From positions 32,001-96,000 of IMG/VR virus record IMGVR_UViG_3300013382_000007: DNA of 64,000 bases. One strand, 5' to 3'. Every line of letters starts with the position of its first letter. The stretch's first letter is position 1. The stretch is from a virus (Duplodnaviria > Caudoviricetes). A program made the position numbers and the translations under genes. The notes beneath the pieces are model-generated. The model ran no database searches. It saw only the letters and a program-made list of their open reading frames with translations, and was not told the origin of the DNA. Shown here in pieces: positions 10,230 to 19,338 of this stretch.

Positions 10230-10883
10230 ATGACATTAAAAAACTTATTTTCCATTATTAGACAAGCAGATAATGATACTATTTTAGAAACTGCAAAAAA
10301 AATTGGATGCTCTTCAAATAACGTTAAAATCGGCAAAGCTGCTAAAAATTTTATGCTACATAAAGATAATTTAACGGCTGTTCCATCATTTACAGATCAT
10401 GGTCGTGCCGTTGGTAAGGCAAGAAGTGCAAAAATAGCACTGCAAGGTCATAAAACTATAAATCGTGGACAACATATTACACGCCAACAAGTGTATCACA
10501 TGTATTCTAATAATAGACATGCTGGCATGCTTGAAGATGCTTATAATACATTCAATGATTTTGGCCGAAATGCAAATCCTGCTAATAAGCGCTCGTTGCA
10601 AAAAATGGCAAGATCAAAAGAAGATATACAAAATATATTGGAGTCTGAATCCACTAAACATAGCATAAATGATTTAGCAGCAAAACATCAAAAATATACA
10701 ATGCAAAAACAATCTGGCAAAAAAACTGCTGAAACAATTGGTAAGTCATTATTAGATAAAGCTGCTGATATGAAAATACCACAAATAGCATTAGGTGTTG
10801 GCGTAACAGCTTGGCTTGTAAATAAACTCTCTGATTCCAGAGGGCAACAATCTAATGGTCAATTGTATGGACAAGGATATTAA
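10230..10883 (+). CDS. Basic protein with C-terminal hydrophobic helix (hypothetical)
   Basis: 217-aa ORF; C-terminal IPQIALGVGVTAWLV. Confidence 0.7.
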   Translation: MTLKNLFSIIRQADNDTILETAKKIGCSSNNVKIGKAAKNFMLHKDNLTAVPSFTDHGRAVGKARSAKIALQGHKTINRGQHITRQQVYHMYSNNRHAGMLEDAYNTFNDFGRNANPANKRSLQKMARSKEDIQNILESESTKHSINDLAAKHQKYTMQKQSGKKTAETIGKSLLDKAADMKIPQIALGVGVTAWLVNKLSDSRGQQSNGQLYGQGY

Positions 10884-10886
10884 TAT

Positions 10887-11093
10887 ATGGCGAATAATAT
10901 TCAATTAAGCAAGCAAGATGCTGAGAGACTAAAGACTATATTAAGCGATCCTGTAATGTGGGCTCAGGTCTTTGTTGTTACATATGACTCTTCTCTAAAA
11001 AAATATACACCTTGGACAGCAAGATGGTATCAAGCAGAAATGCTTAGAGATAATTCTCTTAAAAAAGTTGCACGTTGTGGAAGACGAACGGGT
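10887..11093 (+). CDS. terL: Terminase large subunit, exon 1
   Basis: RWYQAEML (adenine-binding Q motif) and the first half of Walker A, CGRRTG; joining to 12633 restores CGRRTG|KTETM. Confidence 0.92.
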
Positions 11094-11310
11094 AAAGTTT
11101 TGCCCATATGCCCCGAAGTGCTGGAAGTTGCTTAAGCCTGATATACTCTGAATTATTATAATTCAAGTAATAATTATCAGGATTGCTTAATCAGCAGCGA
11201 AGCATTAGTTTGCATAAAACTAATGTGTGCTCAGAGACTACCTACAAAGTAGGCATATATAGTAGAGATATTATATATGGGCGAGGCACTTTTATATTTT
11301 ATAGAAAGTA

Positions 11311-11338
11311 TTGAAAAGTATCTGTATCTTAATATAAT
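11311..11338 (+). promoter_or_regulatory. SigmaA/sigma70-like promoter inside the intron P8 stem
   Basis: TTGAAA (11311-16), 16-nt spacer, TATAAT (11333-38); GAGGT RBS at 11346 and ATG at 11361. Confidence 0.65.
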
Positions 11339-11360
11339 CATATACGAGGTACATATAATA

Positions 11361-11834
11361 ATGAAATTTAGTATTATTCGTGATCTTAAAGATGAAAACT
11401 ATGCCGTAAAAATCACGCTTGATTCTTTTGGTTCTGAAGATATGTCTAAAGAAGCAGAGTTAAAACTGCTTGACGACCATGGTCCTGCGGAAGTCAATAT
11501 TGGCGGTAAATTCGTAGGTAAATGGTCTGATGGCGAAGTTAAACTTGGCGAACCATTACCTGAGGAAACAGAAGCAGTTAAGCTTGATTTTGTCCGCAAT
11601 TATGAAACCGTAACTATTGATGAAGGCTTTGCTGTTACCTATGAAATCAAAGCAGATTCAATTATTATGACAGACAAACTCACTGAAGCATTTGGTAAAA
11701 AGAATAAGGTTGCAGAAGCTAAGGCTGAACTGTTTGTCGCAGTTATGAAGCAGCGTCTTACTAATGCTATAACAGCTTGGAAAGAGCTTGCAACTGACTT
11801 TGATACGCAGAATCCTGAAGAGTTTGTTATCTAA
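11361..11834 (+). CDS. Intron-encoded hypothetical protein 1 (no homing endonuclease motif)
   Basis: ATG 11361 has a GAGGT RBS; the track start at 11277 lies in the ribozyme core; acidic 157-aa protein; no LAGLIDADG, GIY-YIG or HNH motif visible. Confidence 0.85.
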   Translation: MKFSIIRDLKDENYAVKITLDSFGSEDMSKEAELKLLDDHGPAEVNIGGKFVGKWSDGEVKLGEPLPEETEAVKLDFVRNYETVTIDEGFAVTYEIKADSIIMTDKLTEAFGKKNKVAEAKAELFVAVMKQRLTNAITAWKELATDFDTQNPEEFVI

Positions 11835-11874
11835 AATATATAGGTCAATTAAAATAAGAAAGGTTACTATATAA

Positions 11875-12465
11875 ATGCAACTCAAATTCAATAAAACTAT
11901 AAGAAAAAATATTGTAACCGTTGATTTAGAGGCAATCAAATTTACTCCTAGAGAAATGGAAGCATTTTTCAGATTTGGAGAGCCTGTTATCTCTGTAGAA
12001 AAGATGTATCCATTAAATGATGAGAATGCGTCCTTCCCTGTTAAGTTTTCTAAGAGATTGCGTCCTTCATTCAGACTCAGAGTTAAATTTGATGGCACAC
12101 ACGATGTTGAAGCAGCATGTTTAGCGGCAGAAAGTTTTTACGAAGATATTGTTGAGATTATTCAGGATACTCTTTATGATATCACGGATAAGCTTGATGA
12201 CTCGCTTACATATGACCTTGGTCGTGGTGTAGAAATAATCAGATCTGGAGAGGAAACACTTCCTCAGCAACCTACTAATCCTCCAATGGGATGTGTTCGT
12301 CCTCCATATAAACCAGACTTTAAGCCTGATTATAAACCAGACTTTAATCCTGGCGATCATGTTTGCCCTCCTAAACCATCGGTTCGTCCACCTAAGCCGG
12401 GAAATTGCAACTGTGCAGATGATTCTATGGTTATCTGGACAGATGGCGATAGCGTCCACATTTAA
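11875..12465 (+). CDS. Intron-encoded hypothetical protein 2 with Pro/Cys-rich tail
   Basis: AAGAAAGG RBS; N-terminal domain resembles protein 1; C-terminal PPYKPDFKPDYKPDFNP repeats and Cys residues. Confidence 0.85.
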   Translation: MQLKFNKTIRKNIVTVDLEAIKFTPREMEAFFRFGEPVISVEKMYPLNDENASFPVKFSKRLRPSFRLRVKFDGTHDVEAACLAAESFYEDIVEIIQDTLYDITDKLDDSLTYDLGRGVEIIRSGEETLPQQPTNPPMGCVRPPYKPDFKPDYKPDFNPGDHVCPPKPSVRPPKPGNCNCADDSMVIWTDGDSVHI

Positions 12466-12632
12466 CATATAAATATAATTTTTTGATGCATCAATACTTT
12501 TCAATACTTATTTAGTTTTTATAGAATATAAAAGAAGATATAGTCCGAACATTCAGGGAAAGCCTGAAGAGATAGGCAGAAATGACCTATCCTCAATATA
12601 AAGATAAAAAATTATATTGAAGTAACAAACTG

Positions 12633-14204
12633 AAAACTGAAACAATGTGTATAGATATGTTGCATAATGTATGTACTAAACCAAACTTTGTATGTCTTGT
12701 TGCAACACCGTATGAAAACCAAATTCGATTAATTTTTACCAGATTAAAAGAATTAGTCGACTGTTCTCCTAAAATAAAGGCATCAGTTATTAAGTGCACA
12801 CAGAGTCCATATAATATGACACTTAATAATAACTCACGTATACTCGGATTTACTACTGGAGCTGCAAGTAACTCTGGTGCAGCTTCTCTTCGTGGTCAGA
12901 AGTGCGATGCTTTATATCTTGACGAGATGGATTATATGGGGGACTCGGATTTTGACACTATAGCAACTATAGCAGCAGAGCGTCCCGATATTACAATGTT
13001 CATCTCCTCTACGCCTACTGGTGCAAGAAAGAAGTTCTATGAATGTTGTACCAATAAAGATCTCGGATATAAAGAATTTCATTTCCCTTCTTCATGTAAC
13101 CCTAACTGGGGTCCGGAGATGGAAGCAGAATTCAGATCTCAGCTTTCTGATCAGGGATATATACATGAGATTGAAGCAGAATTTGGTACTGAGGAAGCAG
13201 GCGTCTTTAATAAGGATAATATAGATTTGGCAAGACAAATGGATTATTATGCTTATAATAAACTTGATATGCTTCAAGAATCTCAGTGTCAAAAAGAAAA
13301 CTGTTATCCTACTATGCTTCTATATGATGAAGAGCATCCAGCTCCATTTAACTTATATAGAACAGTAGGAATTGACCTTGATAAATATCAGGCATCATCG
13401 TCTATAGTTGTTACAGAATATGTGCCTGAACTTCAATTATTCAGAGTTCTTAAAAGAGTTGAACTTCCAAAGGCTGAATACTCTTATGATACTGCTTTTA
13501 ATGCAGTGCTAAGTATAAATCAAATATATAATCCAGCATGGATATATTGTGATCGTGGATCTGAAGAGTACTTTATTGAAAAGCTTCATATCTATGGCAA
13601 AGAACATCCAGAGACTGGTCTACATAATAAAGTTAAGGGTTGGCAATTTGCAAATGTCATTGAAGTAGAGGATCCTGTTACTCATGAAGTACAGAAGAAA
13701 CCAATGAAATCATTTATGGTCAACCAGCTAACTATAGCATTTGATAGACATAGACTTATGCTGTCTCCATTCGATGATCTTATATATAGTCAACTTATTG
13801 CTTACACTGTTGAACGTATAGGTAAGAATGGACAGCCGGTTTTCACTTCTACTAACGAACATTTTGTTGACGCGTTAGGTTTATCATATCTTGCTTTTGT
13901 ACTTGAATTCGGTGCATTAGTAAATACGATAAAAGAAGTTGAAAGATCGCATAAAGTAAACATTCTTTCAAAAACTCAAAGTGGTACAGCTCGCCAGATT
14001 AATGAAATGTTCGAATCCGTTAAATCTCCATTTGCCTCTGGTGCCAGAATAAATAAAGATGACGACGATGATCTACCTGGCGACAAACCCCCGAATTATC
14101 AAGTCTATAAAGGATTCGGTACAAAAATAAATAAAAATTCATATGGCTCTTGGGGATCCAGAAATGTTTACAGATCTCGTAATACTGAAAGAACCATATG
14201 GTAA
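12633..14204 (+). CDS. terL: Terminase large subunit, exon 2 (spliced product ~592 aa)
   Basis: KTETM completes Walker A; SLRGQ..LYLDEMDY (Walker B); SSTP coupling motif; RNase H-like nuclease residues in VGIDLDK and HFVDALG. Confidence 0.92.
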   Translation, partial: KTETMCIDMLHNVCTKPNFVCLVATPYENQIRLIFTRLKELVDCSPKIKASVIKCTQSPYNMTLNNNSRILGFTTGAASNSGAASLRGQKCDALYLDEMDYMGDSDFDTIATIAAERPDITMFISSTPTGARKKFYECCTNKDLGYKEFHFPSSCNPNWGPEMEAEFRSQLSDQGYIHEIEAEFGTEEAGVFNKDNIDLARQMDYYAYNKLDMLQESQCQKENCYPTMLLYDEEHPAPFNLYRTVGIDLDKYQASSSIVVTEYVPELQLFRVLKRVELPKAEYSYDTAFNAVLSINQIYNPAWIYCDRGSEEYFIEKLHIYGKEHPETGLHNKVKGWQFANVIEVEDPVTHEVQKKPMKSFMVNQLTIAFDRHRLMLSPFDDLIYSQLIAYTVERIGKNGQPVFTSTNEHFVDALGLSYLAFVLEFGALVNTIKEVERSHKVNILSKTQSGTARQINEMFESVKSPFASGARINKDDDDDLPGDKPPNYQVYKGFGTKINKNSYGSWGSRNVYRSRNTERTIW

Positions 14205-14259
14205 TATAATTTTGTAAATAAGAGTATTTATATTCTCCGAACTTTTATTTATATATAAT

Positions 14260-14304
14260 GGATAGTATGTTAGTTTTCCTCTCCTAACGTGCTATCCTAT
14301 TTTT
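14260..14304 (+). terminator. Intrinsic terminator/hairpin after terL
   Basis: GGATAGTATGTTAG / CTAACGTGCTATCC stem followed by TATTTTT. Confidence 0.6.
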
Positions 14305-14320
14305 ATTATATGAGGAATCC

Positions 14321-15337
14321 ATGAGCAACGATCAAGACAAACTCAAAATAACATATAGACCTGATCTGGATTATAAAAAGAATTACAATACCATAGGTTC
14401 TTCTAAGAATGATATCAATTCTGATAATTCCGACAATACAACAGATTCTTCATTCTCCAATAATACTATAAAAATTGAAGATATCAGAAATCATATATCT
14501 GATATTAATCGCTTTATTATATATTTGCCAACGGAAGTATCTACTATAGTTTTTGATTTGAATATGAGTATCAAACAAACTTTGCCATATATAAAAGACA
14601 TTGATAAGTCCAGGCAGAACACTGATAGCGATAACAATAGTAATAATAATGGCAATAATAATCCAGATAACAGTAATAATGATAATGATAGCATAAATAA
14701 CAATACTAAGTCCAATATGTCCAATGGAAAAATAATTAATCTGCCATCATCGTCTTTAGATTCAGATGTTATTTATGCTCCTAAAAAGATTGATGCGAAG
14801 AAGTCTAATACACTTATAGATGCCTTTGATTATATTGTATTATCAATATATGATGATTATTTGTCAAGCCTAAAGAATGGCATTACAACATACCAGATAA
14901 ATATGACTCTTGCCAATAACATGAGTGATACCAATGAATTGAATGCAGAGTATAACACAAATACAGCAGATATAGAATTAAACAAAAAACATCTTTCTGA
15001 TAATATTATAAGATCAGAATATATATATAACCAGAAAGTAAGACTACTTCAGAAGATGTTTACGTTTAAGAATGCTATATCCCATTTTAAATCCGTATAT
15101 TCCGCAAAACAATTTTGTGATAGATATGATTCTGAAAGTCCCATTCGTAATGATAACAATCGCAAAGATAAATTTATAAGAGATACATGGCTCGCAACAA
15201 AAAACGCTTACTATAATAAATATAGTAATAGCATTTCAAATATGTATAAATACTATGATTCTTGTGCTGATTTAATATCAGATTGTCTCAATATAAAGGC
15301 ACAATCTTATACTTCAAGAATCATATTAAATAAATAA
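14321..15337 (+). CDS. Hypothetical protein with Asn-rich low-complexity linker
   Basis: GAGGA RBS; 338 aa; NNSNNNGNNNPDNSNNDND tract. Confidence 0.75.
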   Translation: MSNDQDKLKITYRPDLDYKKNYNTIGSSKNDINSDNSDNTTDSSFSNNTIKIEDIRNHISDINRFIIYLPTEVSTIVFDLNMSIKQTLPYIKDIDKSRQNTDSDNNSNNNGNNNPDNSNNDNDSINNNTKSNMSNGKIINLPSSSLDSDVIYAPKKIDAKKSNTLIDAFDYIVLSIYDDYLSSLKNGITTYQINMTLANNMSDTNELNAEYNTNTADIELNKKHLSDNIIRSEYIYNQKVRLLQKMFTFKNAISHFKSVYSAKQFCDRYDSESPIRNDNNRKDKFIRDTWLATKNAYYNKYSNSISNMYKYYDSCADLISDCLNIKAQSYTSRIILNK

Positions 15338-15368
15338 AATATAGCTATAAAAAGAGAGGAATAAATTT

Positions 15369-15689
15369 ATGGCTGAAACGATTACAACTATAACACCATT
15401 AAACGATAATATCATTCTTGAAGTTAAAAGAGTTGAGCCAGTATCATCTCTAAATGGTATATGGATCATCAATAAAGATGTAAAACAAGATACTAATATC
15501 GCCAAGGTAATCGCTGTCGGAGAAGGTAGATTACTTAATGATGGCACTATAGTTAAACCTAAGGTAAAGGTTGGAGACACAGTACTTTATAATGATTTGA
15601 CTAGTACTATTATAAGTCTTGATGAAGGTAAGTCTGATGATTATATCATAGTCAAAGAAAATAATATACTGTGCACAATAACAGAATAA
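15369..15689 (+). CDS. groES: Co-chaperonin GroES (Cpn10)
   Basis: ITPLNDNIIL...AKVIAVGEGRLLNDG...VKVGDTVLY...YIIVKENNILC matches the Cpn10 signature; GAGAGGA RBS. Confidence 0.92.
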   Translation: MAETITTITPLNDNIILEVKRVEPVSSLNGIWIINKDVKQDTNIAKVIAVGEGRLLNDGTIVKPKVKVGDTVLYNDLTSTIISLDEGKSDDYIIVKENNILCTITE

Positions 15690-15692
15690 TTA

Positions 15693-17894
15693 ATGGCTAA
15701 AAACAACAATAGTTTAATACATAGAATTGTTGCAGCATTTAAGCCAGTACCACAAGAAACTGAAATCAAAAATATAACAGAAGCCAATAGCAAAAATAGT
15801 TCACGCAAGGCTTATGTTACCACTACAAAAAATACAAAATTCTTATCTACACTTATAGGTGCAATAAAACTCCAGATTGATCAAAGAGCTAATATTATAA
15901 GTGCCAATACAGAATTTAATCTTGATGATATATATAATGCTTCTTTATCAGATTCATACGTAAAGATGGCATTATCTAAATATCAAAGCCTTGTTTATAA
16001 GGCTGGATATCAATTAAAATCAGAAAATGATGCAGCTGTTGAATACTTGAATAAAAGATTCAAAGTTTTCAGTTTAGTTACTGGAAAGCCAATGGATATT
16101 TTATTTCAAGAAGTCAGTGATGATCTTGTTATGTATTCAAATGCATTTATAGTAAAGAAACGTTCTGATAGTATTGAATTCCCTGGACTTAAGGCTAGTG
16201 GTATTTTTGATCAACGTGCTGTAGCAGGATATTTTAGAATAGATCCACGTGATATGTATATGCAATTAAATGAACATGGATCTATCAAAAGATATATATT
16301 AAGGAAAAACGGAGCAGAGCAATATTTTGCTCCTACTGATGTTATCCATATTTATATGGATAGAGATGCTGACAATAAATTTGGTACGCCAAGATATATA
16401 GCTGCACTTGAAGATGTTAAGCTATTAAGACGTATCGAAGGTAATGTCATGGCATTGATATATAGATTTACAATGCCAATCTATCATTGGAAAGTTGGTC
16501 TTGAAGATCAGGGGCGTGGTGCCACTGATAACGAGGTCGATGAACTCACAGCAAAGATTGCTGGAATGGATATAGATGGATGCATCGTTACAAATGAAAG
16601 AACCAATGTAAATACGATTGGCGCAGAAGGTACTGCACTCGATGCTACAGGATATCTTTCATATTTTGAAAAAAGAGTCTTCTCTGCCCTTGGCGTATCT
16701 GAATCCCAGATGGGTAGAGGTGGCGCTAAACAAGATGCTGATTCAATGGAATCACAGATGCATGACGAAATCAAGCATATTCAAAGACATTTAAGAATCT
16801 TTATAGAGAATTATATGCTTATAGAACTACTGCTTGAGGGTGGATTCGATCCTATATCTAATCCTGATGATTATGTATCTTATGTATTTAACGAAATCTC
16901 TCTTGATACGAAGATTAAGCTTGAGAATCATGAACTTGCTAAATTCCAAGGCAATGTAATCACATTTGAGGAAGTGCGTCATGAGTTAGGTAAGCATGCT
17001 GATGATGCTGATCTTAATGGTCTGTATAATAATATGATTACAAATGATTCTGCTATTAAACAGATTAATGCAAAAGCTAATGGCGAAATTAAAGTAGCTA
17101 AAGCCACTGCACAATTAGATAATAATACAGAATCTAATACCTCTTCTTCAGCAACAGGTATTAAAGGCAATGGGGCTCAAAAGTCTTCTAAAACTGGTGC
17201 AAATGGAACTATAAAGTCTATTAATACTCCATCTAATCAACATGGCACAACTTCTGTAAAAGTTAAACAGTCCGAATCATTAGATGAAGATGAATCAGAA
17301 AGTCCATTAGATAAGATGATCAACGATTATAGCAATATATCTGATTTATATCAAAATATAAAAGAGGACGCAGTAATAAATAAATCAGATTTTCCATTTA
17401 CATTAACAGTTGCATTCGGAAAATTAGCGAATGATTTTAAAGCCGAATTATATAAAAAATATATAGCAGGTCAGGAGCAATTAATAGCAGATTATAATAA
17501 AAAACATAAAACGCACATTGATACTCCTATATTAAATAATCATAAAATGAATTCGTTATTAGCTGACCTTGCTGATACGAATATAAAAACTATAAAGAAT
17601 GATATTCTGGAAAGTCTCAATAGTATAGATATAACAGAATCAGATAATATAGAATCTATATTTAATAAAAATAAGAATCGTATTTTTTATGCCATGTCTT
17701 ATTTAGGAGACAAAGCATATTGGAATGGATATGTAGATTCAGCTAATGAATTTAATATCAAAAATATCAATGTCAAGTTTAACAAAGACAGCGCAGACGC
17801 TAAATCTCACCCAAATAAAATAAATCCATCTGATTATAACTTAAATGACATTCCATCATATCATGCTTTTTGCAAATGCAAGTTATCAATATAA
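15693..17894 (+). CDS. Portal protein with C-terminal MuF/minor-head-like extension
   Basis: Portal-like motifs YSNAFIVK, RIDPRDM, DVIHI...FGTP, VFSALGVS, ITFEEVRHELG; position between terL and protease; ends IPSYHAFCKCKL (PPxHPNCRC-like). Confidence 0.85.
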   Translation: MAKNNNSLIHRIVAAFKPVPQETEIKNITEANSKNSSRKAYVTTTKNTKFLSTLIGAIKLQIDQRANIISANTEFNLDDIYNASLSDSYVKMALSKYQSLVYKAGYQLKSENDAAVEYLNKRFKVFSLVTGKPMDILFQEVSDDLVMYSNAFIVKKRSDSIEFPGLKASGIFDQRAVAGYFRIDPRDMYMQLNEHGSIKRYILRKNGAEQYFAPTDVIHIYMDRDADNKFGTPRYIAALEDVKLLRRIEGNVMALIYRFTMPIYHWKVGLEDQGRGATDNEVDELTAKIAGMDIDGCIVTNERTNVNTIGAEGTALDATGYLSYFEKRVFSALGVSESQMGRGGAKQDADSMESQMHDEIKHIQRHLRIFIENYMLIELLLEGGFDPISNPDDYVSYVFNEISLDTKIKLENHELAKFQGNVITFEEVRHELGKHADDADLNGLYNNMITNDSAIKQINAKANGEIKVAKATAQLDNNTESNTSSSATGIKGNGAQKSSKTGANGTIKSINTPSNQHGTTSVKVKQSESLDEDESESPLDKMINDYSNISDLYQNIKEDAVINKSDFPFTLTVAFGKLANDFKAELYKKYIAGQEQLIADYNKKHKTHIDTPILNNHKMNSLLADLADTNIKTIKNDILESLNSIDITESDNIESIFNKNKNRIFYAMSYLGDKAYWNGYVDSANEFNIKNINVKFNKDSADAKSHPNKINPSDYNLNDIPSYHAFCKCKLSI

Positions 17895-17914
17895 TTAAAA
17901 GGTCAATATAAAAC

Positions 17915-19318
17915 ATGTCTATCGAATTAATTGAACAAATAGATTTGACAGAAAAGAAAGCGAATAAAGCAATCATAAAAGTTGATCCAAAATCAATTAT
18001 GGTAGATATCGAGGGCGCACACTCAAATGTGTTAACTGGTAATTATACTCAGTATACACCAGAAGGTTTAATTGCAAGTATACCGTCATGGACAGATCCA
18101 TATGAGAAACCATGTATCATGTATCATAATGAAGAAGATGGTAAAATTATTGGACGTATTAAGGCGGTTACTTGTAAGCAAACCGATACGCGCTCAGATA
18201 CTCCTGCTTTACTATTCACGGTAAATGTTCCAGATGAAGAAGCAAAGCAACAGATTGAAGATGGCAGACTATCCACAGTTTCTATTGGCATAAACGCAAC
18301 TGATGTAAGGTGTTCTATATGCGGACAAAATATAGCAGAAGGAAAATGTGGACATAAACGTGGACAACGTTATGACGATAAATTATGTTATTGGGTCGTA
18401 AATGAGTTTACAGGTAAGGAATTATCTTACGTAATAACTCCATCAGACCCATATGCCCATAATGTCAAAATATATTCGCCTGATGATAATGTCGAGTTAA
18501 AGGAAACACAAGAACAAATGCTTATGAATGAAAATTTAGATACTACTATATCTGATAATTCTGAAAATGTGTTAAATAATGAAACTGCCATAAGTAATAA
18601 TGACAGTGACAATAACAGTATTGTTAACACTCAAATTACAGAATCAGAAAATAATTCTACTGAGCAATCTACTGTAGAAGCAGATAATACTGATACAAAA
18701 GATTCTACTGTTCAGATTGCAGAATCAACAGACTCTACAACGACTTCAGAGACTACAGCTGAGAATCAAACAAATACAACATCTGAAAACATAACAGAAG
18801 AAAATCAGCAAGATAATTCTCAATCTAAATCAGACATTCTTATAAATGAAATATTTGCAAGATATGCGAGACTTCTTGAAGATTACACCAGATTACAAAG
18901 CAATTATGATTATCTTAGAAGCGATTATGAGAGCACGCGAGCAGAAATGTTAGCGTATAGAAATAAATACAATCTTTTAATCTCTAACGAAATCAATAAT
19001 TATAGAGTTCGTAATGGACAGCAAATGTTAGAATCTGAAGAACTTTCAAAGAGATCTACTGAATCACTTGAAAATACATTAAATGATTTAAAGAGCGATA
19101 ATGTTAAGATTGCAGAATCTGAAAATAAGAATAAAGATTCTGATAAAGAAAAAGAATCTGCGCAGTCTATTACTGAATCACTACAAGTGGTTGATAGTCC
19201 TGTAAATATTGTAAAAGATGATTCTGATGATTGTAATAAGAGTGAATCAAATCAATCTACCAAGATCGATATCAGAGAGAAATTTGACAATCTTGGAAAC
19301 ATTTTATTTAAATATTAA
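17915..19318 (+). CDS. Prohead protease with scaffold-like C-terminus
   Basis: YHN...IIGR, GRLSTVSIG, CSICG..CGH, KELSYVITPSDPYA (phage maturation protease pattern), followed by an acidic S/T/N-rich region and coiled coil. Confidence 0.85.
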   Translation: MSIELIEQIDLTEKKANKAIIKVDPKSIMVDIEGAHSNVLTGNYTQYTPEGLIASIPSWTDPYEKPCIMYHNEEDGKIIGRIKAVTCKQTDTRSDTPALLFTVNVPDEEAKQQIEDGRLSTVSIGINATDVRCSICGQNIAEGKCGHKRGQRYDDKLCYWVVNEFTGKELSYVITPSDPYAHNVKIYSPDDNVELKETQEQMLMNENLDTTISDNSENVLNNETAISNNDSDNNSIVNTQITESENNSTEQSTVEADNTDTKDSTVQIAESTDSTTTSETTAENQTNTTSENITEENQQDNSQSKSDILINEIFARYARLLEDYTRLQSNYDYLRSDYESTRAEMLAYRNKYNLLISNEINNYRVRNGQQMLESEELSKRSTESLENTLNDLKSDNVKIAESENKNKDSDKEKESAQSITESLQVVDSPVNIVKDDSDDCNKSESNQSTKIDIREKFDNLGNILFKY

Positions 19319-19338
19319 TTAAGGAGTAAATTCTTAAA

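Larger units (their letters stand above)
11094..12632 (+). ncRNA. Group I self-splicing intron (IA-like, with P7.1/P7.2) in terL, 1539 nt, with two ORFs in the P8 loop
   Basis: 5' exon ends in U (GGGU) pairing with GCCC 11102-11105 (U.G wobble); P10 AGUUUU 11096-11101 pairs with 3' exon AAAACU; P3 UGCCCCG/CGAGGCA; P GUGCUGG; Q AAUCAGCAGC 11189; R CUCAGAGACUA 11230; S AAGAUAUAGUCC 12535; P9 hairpins; terminal G at 12632. Confidence 0.93.

Noticed and set aside
11277-11360. Track start of the 185-aa ORF
   Set aside because: Overlaps ribozyme P7.2/P3/P8 and the promoter; ATG 11361 has the RBS.
11361-12465. Homing endonuclease in the intron
   Set aside because: No LAGLIDADG, GIY-YIG or HNH pattern seen; the proteins are acidic. 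A remote fold match cannot be excluded without a search.
10887-14204. Terminase as a pseudogene, two separate genes or intein-split
   Set aside because: Precise group I signals restore an in-frame Walker A; no intein C/S...HN motifs.
14620-14710. AAT-rich repeat as a regulatory or CRISPR-like array
   Set aside because: Simply encodes an Asn-rich linker; no repeat-spacer structure.
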